A DNA stretch of 64,000 nt. Origin: Myxococcota bacterium (GTDB lineage: Bacteria > Myxococcota_A > UBA796 > CAJQPC01). Under the pieces are notes generated by a model. The model was not told where the DNA came from, searched no databases, and saw nothing but the letters and a program-made list of their open reading frames with translations. Positions within the stretch are counted from its first letter, which is position 1. Every line of letters begins with the position of its first letter. Of this stretch, positions 35,499-44,243 are shown piece by piece. Position numbers and translations under genes: made by a program. The stretch is from the NCBI GenBank assembly GCA_036229005.1, contig JAZAMN010000064.1, forward strand, positions 1-64,000, written 5' to 3'.

Positions 35499-36383
35499 TC
35501 AGGTGATGATGACCTCGGGCACGCCGCCGCGCTTGGAGGCCTTGGAGTTGATGGCCCGGTTCACCAGGATCTGCTTGATGTCGAACTCGGCGTAGAGCTC
35601 GCGGACCTCGGGCGTGTCGTGGTTGCTCAGGATGACGGTGATGTCCCGCCGCTTGAGCTCCCAGGCCAGGTCACGCAGCTCCTCCTGGTCCTTGGGGCCG
35701 AAGCCGCCGCGGGTGTAGGAGGTGAAGTTCGAGGTCTTGTTCAAGGGGACGTAGGGCGGGTCGAAGTAGACCGTGTCGCCCGCCTCGGCCTTGAAGAAGA
35801 CGTCCTGGTAGTTGCCGTGGTTGATCTCCACCGTCTGGAGCGCCTTGGAGCAGTCCCGCAGGGTGCGGTGGTCCAGGATGGTGGGGTTGGTGTACTTGCC
35901 AAAGGGTACGTTGAACTTGCCCTTCTTGTTGACGCGGTACAGCCCGTTGAACCCGGTGCGGTTCAGGTAGATCATCCAGGCGGCGACGGCGGCGTCCTCG
36001 CGCTCGGCGTCCACATCCCAGGCGCGCACGTCGTAGTACTGCTCCTTGTTGTGGCCATCGCGTAGCACCGCGAGGCGGGCCATGACGCCGTCCAGGTCGT
36101 CCCGGATGCCGCGGTAGGTGCGGACCAGGCGATGGTTGACGTCCGTGAGCACGGCCCAGGTGTCTTCCCGCTGTCGCTGCGCGGTCTCGTCCGCGAGCGC
36201 CCAGAAGAAGGCACCGCCTCCCACGAAGGGTTCGAAGTAGCGCCCCATGGGGCGATTGACATGGCCGAGCAGGTGCGGCACCACCCGGCGCTTCCCACCC
36301 ACCCACTTCATGAAGGGGCGAAGGGGGGCGCGGGCCTCGGTGCGCTCATGCGCGTCCGCTCTTCCAGCAGCTACAGCAACCAT
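35499..36383 (-). CDS. Dam-family (D12 class) DNA adenine methyltransferase, orphan
   Basis: PFMKWVGGK, YFEPFVGGGA, YLNRTGFNGLYRVN..GKFNVPFG, YFDPPY, LSNHD. Start uncertain (36383 chosen). Confidence 0.93.
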   Translation of the reverse strand: MVAVAAGRADAHERTEARAPLRPFMKWVGGKRRVVPHLLGHVNRPMGRYFEPFVGGGAFFWALADETAQRQREDTWAVLTDVNHRLVRTYRGIRDDLDGVMARLAVLRDGHNKEQYYDVRAWDVDAEREDAAVAAWMIYLNRTGFNGLYRVNKKGKFNVPFGKYTNPTILDHRTLRDCSKALQTVEINHGNYQDVFFKAEAGDTVYFDPPYVPLNKTSNFTSYTRGGFGPKDQEELRDLAWELKRRDITVILSNHDTPEVRELYAEFDIKQILVNRAINSKASKRGGVPEVIIT

Positions 36384-36547
36384 ATGTCCAGCTTCAACAG
36401 TGAAGGCACTTTCACACCCCCGCTGTTGACCTGTCAAGTGAAATGTCATCACCGCCCGAGATTGGCGTGACGATCCGACGCCGGATCCCGCGTTTTCATC
36501 CGCCAGATGGGCGTCCTGGTGTAATCTCGGGGCCCCTGGAGGCTCCC

Positions 36548-37852
36548 ATGAGCGCCCCGCTTCTCACGCTGACTTCCCTGCTCCTCTCTGGACTCTCTGG
36601 CTGCTCCAAGGACAGCGCGGGGACCGACACCTCCATCGACACCAGCCCCGTCGTGGTCGATGACACCGGCGATACCGGCGGCGAGGCCTGCCCCTGCGAT
36701 GCGACCATCACGGGCACGGTCAAGGTCGACATCTACGACTACGACGCCGACGGCAACTTCGTGGACGTGGACGAGAGCAGCCTGAGCAGCTTCCCCTTCG
36801 GCGCGGTCTGGGTCGCGGCCTCCGACTCCGAAGAGGCGATCCTTGGCAGCGACACCATCAAGGCCCCCAGCCTGAGCGGCGACAGCTACAGCCTGGACGT
36901 CAGCGTGGACGAGGCCCAGGACCTGACCCTCTACGGGCGCCTGGACTACTGGGTGGACGGCATCATCGGCAGCACCGAGCCCGTGGGCACCTACCCCCAG
37001 CCCGTCTCCATCAGCGCCACCGAGACCCAGTCCGGCCTGGACATCACCATCCTGGCCTACTGGGACGTGGACGGCTCCGATGGCGGTGGGACCGGCGGCC
37101 CCGGCTGCACCACCGTGGACATCAGCGGCGATGTGCTCATCACCCGCAGCTACGCGGGCGGCGACGTCGCCACCATGCTCCTGGGCACCGACGGCAGCGG
37201 CCCCTACTACAGCACCTGGGACACCCCCACGGCCTCCGGCTCCGGCGCGAGCGCGGCCTACACCCTCCCCGTGTGCGCGGGCGAAGGCGAGCACAAGCTG
37301 GTGGCCGCCTGGGACAGCGACGGCGACGACCTGATCACCGCCGCGGACACCTGGGGCGCCTACATCTCCGAGCCCGACACCGACGGCAACCCCATCAGCG
37401 TCGGGAGCAGCGACCTGAGCGGCCACGACATCCAGGTTCCCCTGGGCGATGAGTCCCCCTTCGGCGCCTTCCCCTTCCTGTCCATCAGCGGCAGCCTGAG
37501 CGTCCAGGACGGCAGCTTCGCGGACTACCCCGAGGGCACCACCCTCTACGTCGCCGCCCTCAAGTACCGCCCCGACGGGGACCTGGCCGTCTCCAAGCTC
37601 AAGGAGCTGGCCTACGGCATGGACTCCTGGGACTACGCCGACTTCAGCACCGAGAGCAGCCTGCCCTACAGCATGACCGTGCCCGCCGGCACCATCGTGT
37701 ACCTGTGGGCCTACGCCGACATCGACGGGGACGGCGTGGTCAACGGCCCCGGCGAGCCCGTCGCCAGCTACGGCGGCAGCACCGGCAAGCTCCCCACCGG
37801 CAGCGAGGACACCACCGCGGACCTGGAGCTGGGCGCCTACAGCGCGGAGTGA
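36548..37852 (+). CDS. Acidic lipoprotein with repeated beta-sandwich units
   Basis: GGAGG upstream, lipobox LSGC, repeated ISGxV...YxLxV...DxDGDG motifs. Confidence 0.75.
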   Translation: MSAPLLTLTSLLLSGLSGCSKDSAGTDTSIDTSPVVVDDTGDTGGEACPCDATITGTVKVDIYDYDADGNFVDVDESSLSSFPFGAVWVAASDSEEAILGSDTIKAPSLSGDSYSLDVSVDEAQDLTLYGRLDYWVDGIIGSTEPVGTYPQPVSISATETQSGLDITILAYWDVDGSDGGGTGGPGCTTVDISGDVLITRSYAGGDVATMLLGTDGSGPYYSTWDTPTASGSGASAAYTLPVCAGEGEHKLVAAWDSDGDDLITAADTWGAYISEPDTDGNPISVGSSDLSGHDIQVPLGDESPFGAFPFLSISGSLSVQDGSFADYPEGTTLYVAALKYRPDGDLAVSKLKELAYGMDSWDYADFSTESSLPYSMTVPAGTIVYLWAYADIDGDGVVNGPGEPVASYGGSTGKLPTGSEDTTADLELGAYSAE

Positions 37853-37914
37853 TGGTTGGGCTGCGGGTGACCTCGCTTGGGTCGGGGGGCTTGGGATGGA
37901 GGTAGACTGCGGGC

Positions 37915-38277
37915 GTGAAAGAGTTGACCCCAGAGCAGGAGCGCGAGCTCATCGCCGACCTCCGCTCCCTCCATCAGCAGCTCCTCAGCGCCCTCTCTGA
38001 CGGGGATCGCCACGAGGTCGTGGATCTGGACCTGCCCATCGGGCGGCTGTCCCGGGTGGACGCGCTCCAGCAGCAGTCCATGGCCAAGGCCGAGCGGCAG
38101 CGCACCGAGCAGCGCCTGGAGCAGGTGGAGGCCGCCCTGGAGCGGGTCGAAGACGGAGAGTACGGCTACTGCTGCCTGAGCGGCGAGCCCATCGGGTACA
38201 AGCGGCTCAAGGCCCGGCCCGAGGCGCCCTTCTCGGTGGCGAGCCAAGAGAAGCTGGAGAGGGAGGGATCCGGATGA
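37915..38277 (+). CDS. TraR/DksA-family transcription factor
   Basis: GRLSRVDALQQQ coiled coil; ALERVEDGEYGYC..SGEPI...RLKARPEA. Confidence 0.88.
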   Translation: MKELTPEQERELIADLRSLHQQLLSALSDGDRHEVVDLDLPIGRLSRVDALQQQSMAKAERQRTEQRLEQVEAALERVEDGEYGYCCLSGEPIGYKRLKARPEAPFSVASQEKLEREGSG

Positions 38278-39104
38278 GCACCACAATCGTCCTCACCGCC
38301 TTGGGTTTGGGGTGCGGCCCTCAGCCCACGACACTCGACTACCCAAGCGAGGTCACCCTGCATGACCGCAGCCTGCAGATCCCCGAGGCCAAGGTGCTGG
38401 ACGCTGACGGCGAGCGCCTGGAGCTGCCCGTGCAGGTGCTCTCCAGCAACCGCGCGGAGGTCGTACAGCTCACCACCGGTGGGTTCTCCTGCCTGGGCAA
38501 CGGCGATGCCGAGCTGCAGCTCAAGGCCGGCTCCCTGGAGCACCGCGTCCTGGTCCACTGCGCCCTGGTCGAGCGGCTCGAGCTCAGCGCCACCCAGACC
38601 CGGCTGGTGCTCCCCAAGGAGGATGGCCAGCTCCAGCCCCAGACCCTGCAGCCCCCCACCGTGCGCGTGCTGGGCCCCGACGGCGCGCCCGCCTACATCG
38701 ACCCGGTCGCGGTCAGCTCCCGCCCCGAGGTCCTGAGCGTGCAGGAGGACGGCACCCTGCAGGCTCTGCGCCCCGGACGGGCGGTCGTGACCTACACCGC
38801 GGGCGGTCGAAAGGCTGAGTACACCGTGGACATCGGGCGGCTCATCGACGACAGGCTCACCCTGACCGTACCGCCAGGCGGGCGCAGCACCCTGCCGCTG
38901 GAGCCCGGCCCCACCTGGGTGGATCTGAGCGCCCCCGTGCGCATCGAGGCCCACCTGGAGGGCGAGCGCTGCCCCGAGCCCCAGACCGCCAGCCGCATCG
39001 AGGACCTGTACTGCGAGCTGGGCGACCGCGGCATGCTGGTCGTCCACAACCCCAGCCGCAGCACCGTCCGGGTCCGCGCCAAGCTGGTGGTCGTTCCGGG
39101 ATAG
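38274..39104 (+). CDS. Lipoprotein with Ig-like (Big_2-type) domains
   Basis: LGLGC lipobox; SSNRAEVV and SSRPEVLSVQEDGTLQALRPGRAVVT repeats. Confidence 0.65.
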   Translation: MSTTIVLTALGLGCGPQPTTLDYPSEVTLHDRSLQIPEAKVLDADGERLELPVQVLSSNRAEVVQLTTGGFSCLGNGDAELQLKAGSLEHRVLVHCALVERLELSATQTRLVLPKEDGQLQPQTLQPPTVRVLGPDGAPAYIDPVAVSSRPEVLSVQEDGTLQALRPGRAVVTYTAGGRKAEYTVDIGRLIDDRLTLTVPPGGRSTLPLEPGPTWVDLSAPVRIEAHLEGERCPEPQTASRIEDLYCELGDRGMLVVHNPSRSTVRVRAKLVVVPG

Positions 39105-39130
39105 GGGAGGGGACCAGACCAGGAGTCCCC

Positions 39131-40243
39131 GTGAAGGAGATCGAGAGCATCGCCGGCCTGCAGGCCCACCTGGACGCCCACGGCACGCTGGACGGCGTGG
39201 TCATCCAGGGCGTCGACCTGTGCGGGCAGGATGACCTCGTGCGGGCCCTGGGGCGTCGGAGTTGTCTGCTGGGCTGCCTGCTCGATGATGGTGGGCTGGC
39301 CCGTGCCCAGCGCATCGGCGCCCTCGTCTTCCCGGTCCCGCCTCGGCTGCCCTTCCACCCCTACCGCGCGCACCTCTACACCCCGGAAGAGCTGCTCACC
39401 GGCTTTGTGCCCGGGGACCCTGACAGCTTCGCGCGCGACACGCTGGACTCGCGGATCTACGACCACTCCGAGGCTCTGCGGGGGAGCGAGGGGGCGCCGC
39501 CCGTCCTGGATGCGTTGGCCCAACGTCTCCACGATCACGCCATCGACGACGCTCTGGCTCAGCTCCTGCACGCCGGCGAGGACAAGCGTGTCGTGGCCAT
39601 CATGGGCGGTCACAGCATGCGGCGCTGCACCCCCGAGTGGATGCAGGTCCTGCGCCTGGGGCGGGAGCTCACCCGGGCCGGCTATTTCGTCGCCACCGGC
39701 GGGGGCCCTGGCGCCATGGAGGCCGGCAACCTGGGCGCCTGGCTCGCCCCGCACCCCGACCGCGCCCTGGAGGAGGTCGCCGCCCTGCTCGGCGGCGCGC
39801 CCCACTACACGGACCCCGGCTACATCGAGGCCGCCATGGCCCTCAAGGAGCGCTACCCCCGCGGCGCCCAGTCCCTGGCCATCCCCACCTGGTTCTACGG
39901 CCACGAGCCCAGCAACCTGTTCGCCAGCCACGTGGCCAAGTACTTCTCCAACTCCCTGCGCGAGGACGGCCTGCTGGCCATCGCCACCCACGGCGTCGTG
40001 TTCGCCCCCGGCTCCGCCGGCACCGTCCAGGAGGTGTTCATGGACGCCTGCCAGAACCACTACCAGACCTTTGGCGGCCACGCCCCGATGGTGTTCCTGG
40101 GGAGACAGTTCTGGACCGAGACCCTGCCCGTGCGGCCGCTGCTGGAGGCTCTGGCCAAGGGGAAGGGCTACGGCGAGCAGCTTGGGTTTGTGGACACGGT
40201 GGAGGAGGTGGTGGGGTTTGTGGTGGGGCACCCGCCGGGGTGA
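39131..40243 (+). CDS. LOG/SLOG-family nucleotide-binding protein
   Basis: IMGGH, TGGGPGAMEAGNLG, PTWFYGHEP, FSNSLREDGL, PGSAGTVQE. Confidence 0.85.
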   Translation: MKEIESIAGLQAHLDAHGTLDGVVIQGVDLCGQDDLVRALGRRSCLLGCLLDDGGLARAQRIGALVFPVPPRLPFHPYRAHLYTPEELLTGFVPGDPDSFARDTLDSRIYDHSEALRGSEGAPPVLDALAQRLHDHAIDDALAQLLHAGEDKRVVAIMGGHSMRRCTPEWMQVLRLGRELTRAGYFVATGGGPGAMEAGNLGAWLAPHPDRALEEVAALLGGAPHYTDPGYIEAAMALKERYPRGAQSLAIPTWFYGHEPSNLFASHVAKYFSNSLREDGLLAIATHGVVFAPGSAGTVQEVFMDACQNHYQTFGGHAPMVFLGRQFWTETLPVRPLLEALAKGKGYGEQLGFVDTVEEVVGFVVGHPPG

Positions 40244-40264
40244 GAACAGCCGGCCAAGTTCGCT

Positions 40265-42874
40265 TCAATAAGGAAGCTCAGCCAGCTGACTCAACACAGA
40301 CTCGAGCGTTGGGCGATCGCCCGGCTGGGGACGGGTGCAGGCCCGAAGCAGTTCGCGCCACTCCGGCAGCTGGAGTTGGTCCGGATCCGTCTGCCCGGTG
40401 AGCATGTATGTGAGGACCTTCCCAAAGGCATACACATCCATGGAGGGGTGTGGTTCTGCTTGTAGGACCTGCTCTTCGGGAGCGTAGCCAGGGGTCCAAC
40501 TGCCAGCGAGTGTCCTGCGTGACTGCAGGCGAACGAGGTTCTTTGCGAGGCCGAAGTCCCCCAGCTTCCAACGGTCTTGGACGCGGAGTACGTTCTCGGG
40601 CTTGAGGTCCCGATGTACGACGTCCAACTGGTGGAGGTTGCTAAGCGCTGCGCCAACCTCCAACCCGATTCGCTGGACTTCGGATGGGCCGAGAGTGCCA
40701 CCTTGAGAACGGACGTAGCTCTCCAGAGTACCGCCGTCAGCCAACTCTGTGACCAGGGCCATGGTGGTGTCGTCCTGGTGCACATCCAGGATCTTCAGGC
40801 TTCCCGCCACGTCAGCCCGTTCGAGCTTTGTGTAGATCTGAAGCTCTCGACGCAGCGCAACCGCGTTCAGGTCTTCCCCGACGGGAGCCTGCTTGATGAA
40901 GACCTGCTGACGGCTCTCGTTGTCGAAAGCTCGGTAGGCTCGGCTCATTCCGCCGCCAGCCAACTCCTCCAGGACGGCGTACCGGCCGTAGAGGACGAGC
41001 GTTGGTGTGTTGATGTCCCCGGGTGAGCGGGGGAGGGCAGCGCCGAAGTTCTTCCGAACACTGTCGCTGTCTCGTCCGTTGATCTCTTTTCCTGTTGCGT
41101 TCTCGATCAGGTCCAGCAGTCGTCTGGAGCGGTCGATTTTGAACTCTTCGTAGGTATCCGCCCGCATCAACTCAGGTGATGCCAAGTGGGTCCGACAGTA
41201 GGCATTCAGTTGCTTGGCATCGACGTCAGCGCGCTCGAGAAGCTCCAGGTAGTGGCTGGGGGCATGGCCTGAGATTCGTTGGTTCGTGCGGCGAGCCAGG
41301 GGGGTTCGGTTGTAGATGGCATTGTAGTCAGAGGATGGGATTCCCATACTCTTGCACCACTTCTGGGGAAACAGATGGTGGATGTCGATCGCGTCGCCTG
41401 CGCGGGAGATGTCGGAGACGGTATCCCCCCGGGCAAGGTCCCGACATCCTTGGGCAAGCAGAAGTGCTGCTATGCCTTTGTATGCCGCTGAGTTCCGGGT
41501 CCGGAGCGTAAGGAGGCGTGTAGGCTCGAAACTGCTGTCCCGTACGGTGGTCGGCTCTCGGTCATCGTCATCGACCCACTTGAGAAGGTCGGTAAGGTCG
41601 TGTGCGAATCGGGTCTCTGTACTGCTCCCATACAGCTCCCCAAACACACCACACCAGTACCAGCGCTCGAGCTTCTTGCGGGTTTTCTCGCTCTCTTCCT
41701 TTCCGCCCAGACGGGCAAGTACCGCTGCCAGAGGGACCAACTGAGTGGGATAGGGGACATTGCGCTCGTCGTAGATACACAGGCGCTCGAGCATCCTTGC
41801 TGCCCTGATGAACCCGGCTTCCAGACGGTCCGCTGTCTTCCGATACGACTCCAGCTTCAGGTTCAGCATGTCCTTTCGGGTGCAGCCCACCGCTGTGCCT
41901 TCGCCCGATTCCACTGCTTCAAATGAAGAGAGGAGCGTTACGGCCTGCATGAAATCCCTTGCACGAATCGTGCGCAGGACTGGATACCGGTGCATCCGCT
42001 GAGACCGGCCCTCTTGCTGGAGTCGTTCATTCTCGAAGACACCGTACCAGTCTGCGCGCAGTCTGAAGTCCTCGTCCTCGGCCGAGAACATCGCTGTGAG
42101 GAGCTCAAACACGGTGAGCTTCACGCCTCCAGTGTTCACGTTCTCGAACACCTGGCAGACCGCGGCATGGTCGGTGTTCTGAGCGAGTTCGATGACCGGT
42201 ACACGGTAGGTTCTAAGGTTCTGTAGAACGGTCTCTCTAAACTTGCTGAAGATTGAAAGGGTTTCCTGCGCCGTTCCATTTCCGAAGGCCCAGGTCATTT
42301 GTTCGGCGTGCCAAGTGGCTGCCCTCTCTGCGTCGAATGCAACCTCAAGTGGTATCGCCCAGTGCTTGAACTGCTGTTCGGGACTGCTGAGATCCTTCAC
42401 TACGTCACGGTTGAAGTTCGTCCGAATCACCCGGTCCGAGGGTGTGCTGAGGATTGCGTTTGTCCGTTCCGTGTCTTCGTTTAGACACGCCCTGATATCC
42501 AGGTAGAACCAGCGATCAATCGCCTTTCCCTTCTCGTCCTGTGTCTCCACGGGGCTGTTCTTCTTCAGTGCCTGGAACAGACTCGTGATTCTCTGCTGGC
42601 CATCAAGCAGCAGCAACTCTGGAGCGCGGTTGACCCTTGGTGCTCCCTCAATCGGCCGGGGATGAAATGCCGGTCTCCCGCCCGTCTTCAGCATCAAGAG
42701 TGCGCCGATTGGATAGGCAAGCGAGATGCTCGCCACCAGCGCTCGAATGCCCTCTTCCTTCCATACCCAGCCCCTCTGGAAGTCGGGCAGCTGGATCTCT
42801 CCACGATTCACCCGCTCAAGCAGGGTGGGAAGATCAGGTTGATTCAGGTCGAATGCGGAGATGCCTGCTGGCAT
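40265..42874 (-). CDS. GmrSD-type (DUF262 + DUF1524/HNH) restriction enzyme fused to a C-terminal Ser/Thr protein kinase
   Basis: FQRGWVW, LDGQQR, FENVNTGG (DUF262); DIHHLFP...N..PL...N (HNH); GGGMS, VFIK, HRDLKPEN, DFG, APE, DVYAFG (kinase). Visibly more A/T at third codon positions than flanking genes. Confidence 0.9.
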   Translation of the reverse strand: MPAGISAFDLNQPDLPTLLERVNRGEIQLPDFQRGWVWKEEGIRALVASISLAYPIGALLMLKTGGRPAFHPRPIEGAPRVNRAPELLLLDGQQRITSLFQALKKNSPVETQDEKGKAIDRWFYLDIRACLNEDTERTNAILSTPSDRVIRTNFNRDVVKDLSSPEQQFKHWAIPLEVAFDAERAATWHAEQMTWAFGNGTAQETLSIFSKFRETVLQNLRTYRVPVIELAQNTDHAAVCQVFENVNTGGVKLTVFELLTAMFSAEDEDFRLRADWYGVFENERLQQEGRSQRMHRYPVLRTIRARDFMQAVTLLSSFEAVESGEGTAVGCTRKDMLNLKLESYRKTADRLEAGFIRAARMLERLCIYDERNVPYPTQLVPLAAVLARLGGKEESEKTRKKLERWYWCGVFGELYGSSTETRFAHDLTDLLKWVDDDDREPTTVRDSSFEPTRLLTLRTRNSAAYKGIAALLLAQGCRDLARGDTVSDISRAGDAIDIHHLFPQKWCKSMGIPSSDYNAIYNRTPLARRTNQRISGHAPSHYLELLERADVDAKQLNAYCRTHLASPELMRADTYEEFKIDRSRRLLDLIENATGKEINGRDSDSVRKNFGAALPRSPGDINTPTLVLYGRYAVLEELAGGGMSRAYRAFDNESRQQVFIKQAPVGEDLNAVALRRELQIYTKLERADVAGSLKILDVHQDDTTMALVTELADGGTLESYVRSQGGTLGPSEVQRIGLEVGAALSNLHQLDVVHRDLKPENVLRVQDRWKLGDFGLAKNLVRLQSRRTLAGSWTPGYAPEEQVLQAEPHPSMDVYAFGKVLTYMLTGQTDPDQLQLPEWRELLRACTRPQPGDRPTLESVLSQLAELPY

Positions 42875-42932
42875 GACCCCTCCCAGGAGAGCTTTGGTAC
42901 GTTGGACGACTTCTTCATACCAGACTCCCGAG

Positions 42933-43742
42933 TCAGCGCGCCCGAACTAGCTCCTCCAACACCGCGCTCTCCCCCTCCGCATCCACACAATCGTCCAGCT
43001 CCCACACCACCAGCTCCCCCGATCGGCTGTAGTAGATCCCCACGCGCTCGATGGGCTCCGGGGGCCCACCGTTGAAGCCGTAGGCCCGCGCCAGGATGGC
43101 GTAGCCCACAAGCTGGCGCACATCCTTGAGCCTGAGCCGCAGGTCCTTGGTCGTCTTGATGTCGATCAGCAGGTCATCCAGCACCAGGTCGGCGTCCGCC
43201 CCGCCCACAATCAGCGAGCCTTCGCCAAAGCCTGGGTTCAGCAGGCAGCGCTCCGCGGGCACGAAGGCGTCCCAGGTGATCTCCGCGTAGAGCGCCTGCA
43301 ACTCCTCCAGCCACCCCGGGGGCGGTTCGCGACCAATCCACGTATCGGGCGCGACCGACGCGACGCCCCGCCCGATGGGCTCCAGCAGCGCGAGATCCCA
43401 GCACGCCCGAGCCTGCGCCCGAGTCAGCGCTTCGGCATCCTCCCAGGTCTGCAGGTCCTGCAGGGCCCGCTCCAGCAGCGCCTCACAAGCCCGCGCCTGC
43501 TCACGACTCCGCTGAGCGAGGGGGGCCCGCTCGGCAATCAGCGGCCCGCTCTCGCAGCGCTCCGGCCACAGGACCTCAAAGCCCGCCCGCATCGCGTAGT
43601 CGAACGCGGTCCCCATCAGCGCCGGACTGCCCCCGCAGGAAGGCACGCGCAGCGGCTCGCCGGGCCGACACTCGGGCTTCCGCATCCACTGCTTGAACAC
43701 AGCCCGGCCGCTGGGACTGTCTGCTCGGCTGGTGAGGCTCAT
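42933..43742 (-). CDS. PD-(D/E)XK (RecB-like) nuclease
   Basis: GTAFDY, GADADLVLDDLLIDIKTT, QLVGYA. Confidence 0.7.
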   Translation of the reverse strand: MSLTSRADSPSGRAVFKQWMRKPECRPGEPLRVPSCGGSPALMGTAFDYAMRAGFEVLWPERCESGPLIAERAPLAQRSREQARACEALLERALQDLQTWEDAEALTRAQARACWDLALLEPIGRGVASVAPDTWIGREPPPGWLEELQALYAEITWDAFVPAERCLLNPGFGEGSLIVGGADADLVLDDLLIDIKTTKDLRLRLKDVRQLVGYAILARAYGFNGGPPEPIERVGIYYSRSGELVVWELDDCVDAEGESAVLEELVRAR

Positions 43743-43868
43743 GGGCTCCCCGTCCTTGGGCGCAATGCGCGTTCACCCCTGCGCCCGCAATGCGCAGAAG
43801 AAGGCGTGCATGCTACCCTCTGCGGCCCCAAGCAGGCCATCCGCCAAAGACCCCGGGGGGAAGCACCC

Positions 43869-44243
43869 TTGCGCAGCCTACGAGACCAGATCCTCCACCT
43901 CCGGCAGCAGCCTCTGCTTCACATAGACGCAATCCGGGCCCGCATCGACCAACACCTCCAAACCGCCCAAACCGCCGCCCAGACCTCCCCCTTCGTCGAC
44001 CTCCCCACGGCCGCCACGATCCACGCCGCCTGCACCGAGCTCCTCAACGACTGGGACCAGCTCACCGACGATGCGCGCCTCTGGGCCCAGGTCGCCTGCC
44101 TCTACTTCGCCGACCCCGATGACTCCGCCGGCGAGCCCGACTTCGACTCCATCGTGGGCTTCGACGACGACCTCGACGCCCTCAACCACTGCCTCGAGCG
44201 CATCGGCCGCCCGCCGGTCCCGCACCCCATGGACGCCCCATGA
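43869..44243 (+). CDS. Small DUF1232/YkvA-like protein
   Basis: YFADPDD...PDFDSIVGFDDD motif; stop overlaps the SNF2 ATG. Start uncertain (TTG 43869 or GTG 43806). Confidence 0.6.
   Translation: MRSLRDQILHLRQQPLLHIDAIRARIDQHLQTAQTAAQTSPFVDLPTAATIHAACTELLNDWDQLTDDARLWAQVACLYFADPDDSAGEPDFDSIVGFDDDLDALNHCLERIGRPPVPHPMDAP

Noticed and set aside
39131..40243. SLOG protein as part of the defence island
   Set aside because: Host-like codon usage, co-oriented with the dksA-lipoprotein run, and it resembles the common stand-alone LOG family; most likely just the island's left neighbour.
42933..43742. Cas4
   Set aside because: Lacks the C-terminal three-Cys Fe-S cluster motif and any CRISPR context.
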